NCBI GenBank assembly: GCA_003344405.1
Contig: NOWV01000287.1
Location: forward strand, 44,809 to 64,808
Direction: 5' to 3'
From: Trichoplax sp. H2
Lineage: Eukaryota
DNA length: 20,000 nucleotides
In this document: in pieces, positions 11,201-20,000 of the stretch
Position numbering within the stretch: position 1 is the stretch's first letter
Layout: every line of letters begins with the position of its first letter
The notes under the pieces: generated by a model
Databases searched by the model: none
Seen by the model: only the letters and a program-made list of their open reading frames with translations
Told to the model about the DNA's origin: nothing
Made by a program: the position numbers and the translations under genes

Positions 11201-14200
11201 TCTATGCACCTACAAATATTCGTCGATCGTACTTTAAAAGTAATACTTAGATATTCATCTTATCCTAAATGCTAACAATAAATCTTTAGCAGTCACGATA
11301 AATAACTTTCTCATAAGTTAATATAGCTTAAAGCATAATCTCTCCAACAATTTATCATAGCGCACAAATATTTTATGTAAGTTTTACTTCCAACATTGCT
11401 TGACGCGATAAAAAGTTGGCAGATTTTAATCATTGTACCTTATTTCGTCTACACTTATAAATATCTTTTCCAACGTAGCATAACGTTCAGCATTATAAAG
11501 ACCCATTAGTAATTGAAGATAAAATAAACTACAATACTTTGTTTAATATTTACGAATTATCTATTTTAAGTTTTCGTGTTATCTTATCTCGGGTTTTAGA
11601 TTGTATAAATTATTTGAATATAGCACTTGTTCAAAGTTTATATTCTATAATTGTTCAGTGTATGAAGATGATATTTCAGGTTCATAAATTATTTTTAATT
11701 TGCTAAAGTTAGATAATAAAAGGGTTTAGAAAAAGCGGTAAAACCAATTCAAGTAAAATTGATACCGGAAGCTATTCTTCATTACTTTTAGCGAAAGCAT
11801 CGGTACCGATCAAAGTGATTCTAAAATTTGATTTCATCTGTAAACCATAGAGGTTTAATCGATTAATACTTTAAAGTAGTGCAGTCTATTTGCTTTAGCA
11901 AATAAGTAGTGGATTTGGAATATACTATCTGCAAACATACAAATGATTCTACACATTCCTAAGAGGAGTCGAGGCCTGAAATGTTTACGGATGGATTACC
12001 GTATTATATTGATATAATGCATATAATGTAATACATAAATAGGAAAAATTAAAATTTGATAATTTAACTAATAAAGTAATAATATCTGTTTTTATATTTA
12101 TCACGCAAACTAGTTTATTATCGATGATAAATAGGGTTAAGCATAAATCATTCTTCGCTATAATTAACTAAATCTACAGTTTGTTTTACTTCTTCGTGAT
12201 GAATAGGACAATCAAGAAATATGATAACCTTAATAAAAGCATACCGTGACTCCATATTAAAACTAAATTTACCTAAAGGATTGCGCCATACCTTCATGTA
12301 ATATTACATTATAACATTGCTCATGTTTACAGGAAATGCTTAGTTAGTTCGGACAATAAAAACATGAAAGTTAATGTAGTTTCAAACGCAAAACATGCAG
12401 TTTCTTTTTTATCATTCTTTGCAGCGCAAAATTACGGATTCAATGTACAAAGTTTAGTTTTCACGTCACATCCTAAGTTCAGCTAGTAATAAAATAGCAT
12501 ATTTGCGTACATAGCATCCGTGGGATGAACTACTAAATAATGACAAGATAAATCTTACGGAAATACTTATAGTAATTGTAATATTTAAGAATATTTATAG
12601 TCTATGGACAGAAAAATTACGGAAGTAAACGTAATCACGTAAGAATTTTAAGACGATGACAAGGCTTAACGGATGACTAACAATTCTTTGTCGAATTATC
12701 GTTGTTTTTCTCCAAGATTTCTTATTAATCACTTTATCATATATTACAAAAAATGAAATGATGCAAGAAGCGATCAATGAAAATATTATGTCATAGTTAG
12801 CAAAATATATCTTAATATTGTAGATATTGTCAAATTTTATAGTTTAATTGCCTACATAATTCGATTTTGATGATACCGGTTTGAAGTTGAAATTTTTTAT
12901 AGATGGTAGTAAGATAGTCTGTAAACTAAAGAAATTCATTGATAGAGTGATTTTTGCGCTCGAAAATAAGATCACATGATTTGAAAAATAACGCGAACAA
13001 AATCGGAAAGCGTTAGCGTAAACTAATACTTTACATGTGAGAGTAGATGGTATCTTACAATAATAGTTTGTACTTTACTGAAGCTGCTCATTACGAGAAT
13101 AAAGAAAAATATTTAATTTTAAGCAATTGGTATGAAATTTTTGTACTTTTATATTTTAACATCGATTTGACAGTAATTTATCACTAATCATGCGTTGCTT
13201 TAGTATCGTCAAAGCTATACAATTAGTCACATTTATGAAAGGCTATAATAGTATTAATTATTATGATCGATTAGTCGTTAATGATTTTCGCCGACTTATC
13301 GTATTATTATTAATGGCTAACATTGATCTGTTTCCTTAATACAAGGAAAAGAAGATAGATTTTAGTTTAAGGCTTGAAATGCTAATAAGATACCCTATAG
13401 AATCACTCCAGTATTGAATATTTCTGCAAGATTTCATGAATTTGGATGAATGTAAGTATTCGGTAGATTTCGCCTTGTCATTAAAATTGCAGCCAAAATT
13501 AGAAATGTACTGGCAATCTAAGCTAGAATGGTATTTTACACAAAAAATAATGGCAATTTAATAGGTAAACTCAAAATGCACTACAATATTTCTTCTTATT
13601 ATTATTGGGGAATTATGTCATTGCGAACAGACAATATTGAAAGCTATCATAGAAGACATACATATGAAAAGCAAATAACTTACCTAGAGGCTAATTATGC
13701 AGTTTACTCTAGTACCAGTTATAAGATTTCAGTTAGATTAGTTAGTTGCTGGTATACGTAGGTTTTACTGGTGTCTTAAATATAATGAATGATTTAAAAG
13801 AGATGGAGGTAAAAATACTGTAATTCAATTTTACATACTATACTAAGCCACTCCGGAGATTTAAAATTATTATATGGCACCTTCGATACGCAGTGTTAGG
13901 GAAAATTTGACACAATGTATTTACAATCAATCTGATACAGCGTCTGTTACTAAGAATTTTAAATGATGCTTTATTAGAGAAGCTATTGGAAAGAATACAG
14001 CTATTAATCGTAAAGCAATTGCTAGATTGGATGTTTATTGATATTTAACAAATCAAAATTTTTGATTGTGTATCGGCATCTGTGTGGTTGTATCGTCGTT
14101 GTGCCTATACAGACGACTTTGCCTGCTGTATCTAAGCCAAATTTGAATTTCTATCGATATCTAGTCAGGCGTAAGCCTTATTGAGTCTAAATTTAACATA

Positions 14201-15400
14201 GAATGGTTTCCGAACAAGCTGATTGGAGTCATAGAAATATCCGCTTATCTCGTTGAAGTGACACGAATTTTAATAAGAATTATTCATTTCTAATCTAGTT
14301 GATAGCTAAGAATATAAGTTTTAATCGTGGTAATGGGCATAATTGCCACCTTAATATTTTTAATCTATCTAAATGAAAACAAATGCAATGTTGAACAGAA
14401 AGTTAAGAAAATCTTCAGAATTCAATTACATCAATCGTAGATTTGTAAATAGTAAAAAATTTTCAATATTGTATATCCAGCAGAGATGGTTCGATAGGGA
14501 ATCTCACGAAATGGTATGAAATTGATTAATGGTGTTAATTTTAAATATGTACTATCGTAGTATTCATCACTTTTTATTTATTTTACCGACGTGTAAGGAA
14601 AGTACGATATTTCCTAGAATTTTGCATTTATTATGCTTCGTAGGAATCTACTAGATTACCTAGCATTTTCTGTTGACGTCCTCGCTACCGATATTCGAGC
14701 ACATCATACTATACTACATCTACAAACTTGACTACGATAGCTGTCTGGGTTGAGCAATCTCCACTGACATTCTAACCATTTTGATTAGTGGTAATCCTAA
14801 TGAGGGCAATAAATATAGGTGGATTTATAATAGATGGTATTAAAATATTTATCCCTATTGAATTCAATGAGAGTTAGAGAGTAGATATTGCTTTAGTGGT
14901 ATTCCGTGAAGCGAGAACTACTATGAGTGGGATCTAAATTACGGTCGATCGAATGATATTATCAATTCTTCCGTCACTTTATGCTTTATAATAATTAATT
15001 AACGACAGATTTATGAACTATTTCTTGTCGATAGAAATCATTGATGGTAAAATACAGAAAAGGTAACGTTACAATTATGAAATATTGAAGAATGAGATAT
15101 GAAATTATATTTTTCAGCTTTATTTTAATACTAGTAAATTTTCTCATCGATATTACGTCAAGAAACTGTTAAATTTATTCGGCAGCTACGCTCATCACGA
15201 AATTGACTTTAAATTTACGCGTTTACCTTTACTGTTTTTATTTCATCAAGAATGCAAATACTAATGAAATACAGGTTCCGATATTATTAACATACAGATA
15301 ATCTGAATATATTTAACTGAACTTTCACACGATTAAATTTAAAGTCTTATTTTATTATCACCCGTATAGAGTATAAATTCTAGGTAATAGAATAAGTACG

Positions 15401-15815
15401 TGTCACAAACCAGCTTCGTGACAAGGATAACGTAAAACAAATCTCTAAATTACTATTGTCTCCGGGATTCAGTATCCCTTAACTACCTCACAAGAATTTA
15501 GACGTCTTTGATTCTACGTTAAACTCAACTAGACAATTGAGAACTACTTTATTCAACTATCTGAAGGGCTTATATACCCTGCTACAGCAGCTAACATTCA
15601 CGAGTTATCTACTAACTAATTTTTCACAGTCGCAATACAATATGTCCATTCACAGAATCATTTCAGTACACATTACAGCACAGCATTAAATTTACTGTAA
15701 CAAATTTATAATTAGAGTAATTCCTATTGTAAGTAACTAGTTGTAATATAATATCACTATATTATCTTAACCAAATTTAGATAGCTATTTCTTCACGGTA
15801 GTTCGTACCGTGACA
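15401..15815 (-). mobile_element. Solo LTR of an LTR retrotransposon (415 bp)
   Basis: Perfect terminal inverted repeat TGTCAC (15401-15406) ... GTGACA (15810-15815) and perfect 5-bp TSD GTACG (15396-15400 and 15816-15820). Minus-strand TATATAAG (15576-15569) and AATAAA (15553-15548). One end has a homologue at 16736-16769. Confidence 0.85.
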
Positions 15816-16486
15816 GTACGATATAATATTCGTTTCTAATACTGATAGCTTATACGAGCATATTAAAATTTTTATCCTTTAAAAACGTTTTCCTTACAGA
15901 GCATGGCATAGTATTAATATAATATTTTTGCCATATTGTATTCGCGTGGTGTAAATGTATAATGAAACCGGTACAATGATATGATTTATCGCATTAACAG
16001 ATAGTAGTATGTCTAGTAACCATCTTTGCCTGTACTAATACTATCAATTCCTGGATAAAGGCTATGATACACTACTGGTTACTTTTAAGGTTAGCACATG
16101 CTAAAATCGTAAATGCTATTTCCTACTTTTTTACGATGAAGACAATACATATGCACAATTTTTAAATTTCAGTGCATTAATAATTAATGTTTGTTTATGA
16201 CCTTGAGAATAAAGTAATTTCTAACATTTTCGAGGCTTTGAGGTTCCCGAAGGCAGATATTCAAATTAGTAGCTTACTTATGCGATAACCATACCACTTT
16301 TATACAATAAATGCTTTGCAAAATCAACTTACTATAAGGTATGCAAGTAAAAACGTTGATTATCGAAATTAGAAAAATTTCCATTCTTTAAATTAAGCCT
16401 TATTAATTCAACACTAACTTAGAAGCTACATAACATAGTTTGTAAATCATAAGTTATATTACACTTTTCAACTGAAAACCAACAGC

Positions 16487-16637
16487 GAAATCAACTCTAA
16501 TGAACTTCGAAAAACTAATAGCATTAAAAGTTGGTATAGCGATATGCTACATTGTTTTCTAACCAAATATGAAACTATACTGCAATTTGCGGTAGAAAAT
16601 TTGAAAACATTTAGCTATAAAACCAAATTTTGTTCTT
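16487..16637 (+). repeat. Copy 1 of a 151-bp direct duplication flanking the assembly gap
   Basis: 148/151 identical to 16770-16920 (differences 16528A/16811T, 16559C/16842T, 16588T/16871G). Ends exactly at the N run. Confidence 0.95.
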
Positions 16638-16657
16638 NNNNNNNNNNNNNNNNNNNN
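16638..16657. other. Assembly gap (20 N)
   Basis: Run of 20 N characters. Confidence 1.
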
Positions 16658-16769
16658 GTAGAGCAAAAGTGCTCGTGATAGTGCAGATATCGTTCCTTGA
16701 TACGTAGTTCAAGGAATTGACTTATTGATCGTAGATTACGTTATCTTGTTGCAAAGCTGTTTTGTGACA
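16658..16769 (+). mobile_element. 3' end of an LTR related to the 15401-15815 element, truncated by the gap
   Basis: Ends in TTTGTGACA exactly where duplication copy 2 begins. 16736-16769 (TTACGTTATC-TTGTTGCAAAGCTGTTTTGTGACA) aligns at 30/35 columns with the reverse complement of 15401-15435 (TTACGTTATCCTTGTCACGAAGCTGGTTTGTGACA). Confidence 0.75.
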
Positions 16770-16920
16770 GAAATCAACTCTAATGAACTTCGAAAAACTA
16801 ATAGCATTAATAGTTGGTATAGCGATATGCTACATTGTTTTTTAACCAAATATGAAACTATACTGCAATTGGCGGTAGAAAATTTGAAAACATTTAGCTA
16901 TAAAACCAAATTTTGTTCTT
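16770..16920 (+). repeat. Copy 2 of the 151-bp direct duplication
   Basis: 148/151 identical to 16487-16637. Continues into unique sequence after 16920. Confidence 0.95.
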
Positions 16921-19900
16921 TGCATGAATGATTGGTTATTATTTAATGCTTTGCTTGTGGTCATAATACAGGAATATAGATGATATAGTTAGTTCAAAGC
17001 TAATATCAATGCATGTGCTCACCATTAAAATCAAAGGGCATGAGTAACGTTTCTTGCCTCGGATTAGTTTCTATCCTTGCTCTAAGCCGATAGTTATTGA
17101 AACCGTATCAATAAATACAGTTTTCAAGGGTTGTTATGGAAATTTACCACCTGAAATAATAATATATCAACACTGAATTGAAACAATATTATTGTAAGGC
17201 CTTAACTAGAAAGTCAATATCGTTTAGAATAATGTCTATTATTAGCAATAAAAGAAGTCTGGTAGGCAGGCCGATTCTATGTTGGGGGTAAAAAATAAAG
17301 AAATAAGATTTGTATTGTGCTTTATCTGACGTATTTTTACTATAACTATAGTTCGCATAGTAGTTGAATGAATCTTATTGAATACAAATCATGTAAATTA
17401 TCTTTTCTATCCTTTAGCTTTTCTCAGTCAGTGATTTCTAATGTCTATTACCGTTACGTTTATTTTTATATTCTTTTGTCACATCATCACAAATTATCAG
17501 ACGTTGGAGGACATAAAGCTTCATGGAATTTGCTCATAAATACTAATATTTAAATGGAGAATTCAAAGATAAAAGAGGTAAAATAGAGTATCTATTGCTT
17601 GATTTTACGCTTAATCTGTATTTTGCTATGCGATAACGGCAATTAATATCGCTTACTATGTCTCAGCGATCGATTACATGACAGCAATAATTTTGATAGA
17701 AGTGATGAGTTACTACCAGTCTAATTCATCTATTCTGATACTATTAATCAGGAACATATTTATTTTCGAGGTCTGCTTAATCTATTTCGAAATTTTCCTT
17801 TAAAGTAAATCAACTCATAAAGAACGCTTTACTAACAGAACGTTGTCATATCATGTTTATCCGTTACATATTCACCTAGGTCATTTTTGTTATTGACTGT
17901 ATGTAGCCACTGCAGATGCTTTGCTATTTCAAACGACATTTATTCACCATAATTGATGGTCTAGCTTACGATCGTTAAATATATTTATCGTTTCCACAGC
18001 CTGAGATTAACTTCTCGCTTAATTTAACGTATTAAATTGGACTATACGACCAGATCATGAATTGACTACATGATTCCAAACCCTATTTTGGATACTAGCA
18101 TCCATAAATTAATAAGCTTTACTATACTGATTATATTTTGATTGATTCTTATCAGTGGAGTCGAGAGATTATTGTTATCTTTGAATGTCTGAAACTAAAA
18201 TTTAATATCTTAGTAGAATAGATATCCATCAATATATCTAATTACGTGAATAACTAAAAAATTACTATTCCACTTTCAACCATTTCCATCGTGGCTAATT
18301 AATAAATGACTAATTCTGCGGCATAAAGAGTCCATAGCTGCAGATTTAGTAATGTTTTGGCTGAAATATTTAAAATTACTGTGTTGTATCTGAAACATTT
18401 CGTATCAAATAAATGCCATTTGCTTCTAATTTATTCTTGGCAATTTGTACCTTTGGTAGACCATTTGACGAAATCTGATATAATTTCAATTGATAAACTG
18501 GCATTTTTTATCTTTAGGAAATAGAATCTATCAAAGTTGATAACCATAAAGGTAAATGGAGCCAAGAGATGTTTTTAAAGCAGTTAGAGACAATAACAGG
18601 TGAACTTTGTACGAATTCATATCAATAATTTCGACGATACATTACTCATCTTTCTGATATCTAATCCTAATAAATCTTGGAAATGTTGATTAAGTGATTT
18701 TATGTACTAATATCATATTATTATATTGCACACTATAGCTTCAAAACTTTCAAACCATGTTGTTAGTCGTTTAAGCTACCAAGAAATTATAGACCTCAAA
18801 TTAGTTTTTGACGCATTTGATATCGATGAAGATAGGTAATATTATTTCCTTCATTAATTGCCTGCTTATCGCATTTGTTAAACTTATTCAATTTCTAAAT
18901 GATCATTAATCATCAACATCTGATAGTCATATCTTCATTATGCGGTTATTATATTTGACTAATCTTTTGGCAATTGTTAGCTATTAAATAATGATAATAA
19001 TTTAAAAATTCTATAAAAGACCTGTGGCTTGTTTGAAGCATTTTGCGATTTAAATTGCTGCATCTATTACATCTCGTAACTCTACAATTATACATTCGAA
19101 TATTGTATTAAACCCATCTTCATTAGAAACATTATTTTCTATTAAAACATTCTCTTAGTGATATCTTTATGATATTAAATTTATAGGGTGATGCAATTCA
19201 GTACTAATGGAATAAACTAAAAATTTTAAGATATCAAATTAATAAAAAAATATTTATACAATCTGATCTCTTCTTATAGATCATTAGAATGTCATGAAAT
19301 GCAACGAGCATTAAGAGTGCTAGGCTACAGGTTAAAATTAAACGCCGTTCAGGGTAAGTTCTGCGTCTTGATCTAGTCCAATGATAAAATTAGCTCAGTA
19401 GTTGTTTACGGAATCATTACATTTAAAATTGTCTTTTAAGTGGCGAAATGTTCTGCTAGGTTCGTATTGCATCTTGATTTAATTTATCGTAGCTTTTGTA
19501 ACATACTAATTTCGCGTTTGTCTACATAAATAATGTTCAATGTCATCATAACAACATAAGAACTGAGCGTGAATAATTCAAGGTAGAGTAAATGATTTTG
19601 TAAGCTCTGTAGTAAAAGTGAATGCACAGAAAATTAATGATTACGTAATTTAAATATGATGTAGCTTCATACTAGCTGTACAGATAAATTCAAAACCTTT
19701 GCATAATCATAAACTATTAATATTATAAAATGTTTCAATACCTTCTTTCGGTTAAATAAATTGTCTGTAATCTTTACGTACATCGCCGAATCGATAATTA
19801 GGCATTGATTTAAAATTGCAAAGGTATATAAATATATCGGTAAGGCAAATGTTATTGCAACTAATTATAAAGTACTAGTGAGTGTCATTTACCGCGAAGA

Positions 19901-20000
19901 TATCGGTATTATTCAGGAAATTTAATGAAATTGAAATGCTTTCGATTATAGTCAATTTTCATTCAATGACTTTCTGGAGTTCATTAGTGATCAAGGCGTT

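Noticed and set aside
8613..13761. Hydrophobic short ORFs (8613, 9099, 9572, 9612, 12595, 13528)
   Set aside because: F/I/L/Y/N/K-rich translations typical of non-coding AT-rich DNA, with no homology recognised.
16725..16931. 68-aa ORF
   Set aside because: Straddles the LTR end and flank junction, uses a non-ATG start, and has no domain.
1..20000. CRISPR array, tRNA/rRNA/snRNA genes, or a prokaryotic defence operon
   Set aside because: No regularly spaced repeats, no recognisable RNA-gene motifs, and coding density far too low for a prokaryote.

Overview
AT-rich (roughly 30% GC by eye), gene-poor eukaryotic genomic DNA, probably from an invertebrate animal (inference from composition only). 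One convincing gene: an intronless minus-strand ORF (4221-5078, 285 aa) with the tandem DNA-binding module of pogo/Tigger/CENP-B proteins (Brinker/psq-type HTH plus CENP-B/Tc5 HTH). It lacks the DDE catalytic domain and ends in polyQ and a long Asp/Glu tail, so it looks like a domesticated, transposase-derived DNA-binding protein. The non-coding DNA holds three LTR-type pieces absent from the ORF track. Two are solo LTRs: 2819-3367 (TSD TTGTG/TTGCG) and 15401-15815 (perfect TSD GTACG). The third is the end of a related LTR at 16658-16769, abutting an N gap. The 151-bp duplication around that gap is best explained as two haplotypes, one with and one without the LTR insertion. No RNA genes, CRISPR arrays or prokaryotic operons were seen, and I cannot support a claim of a wholly new multi-gene system.
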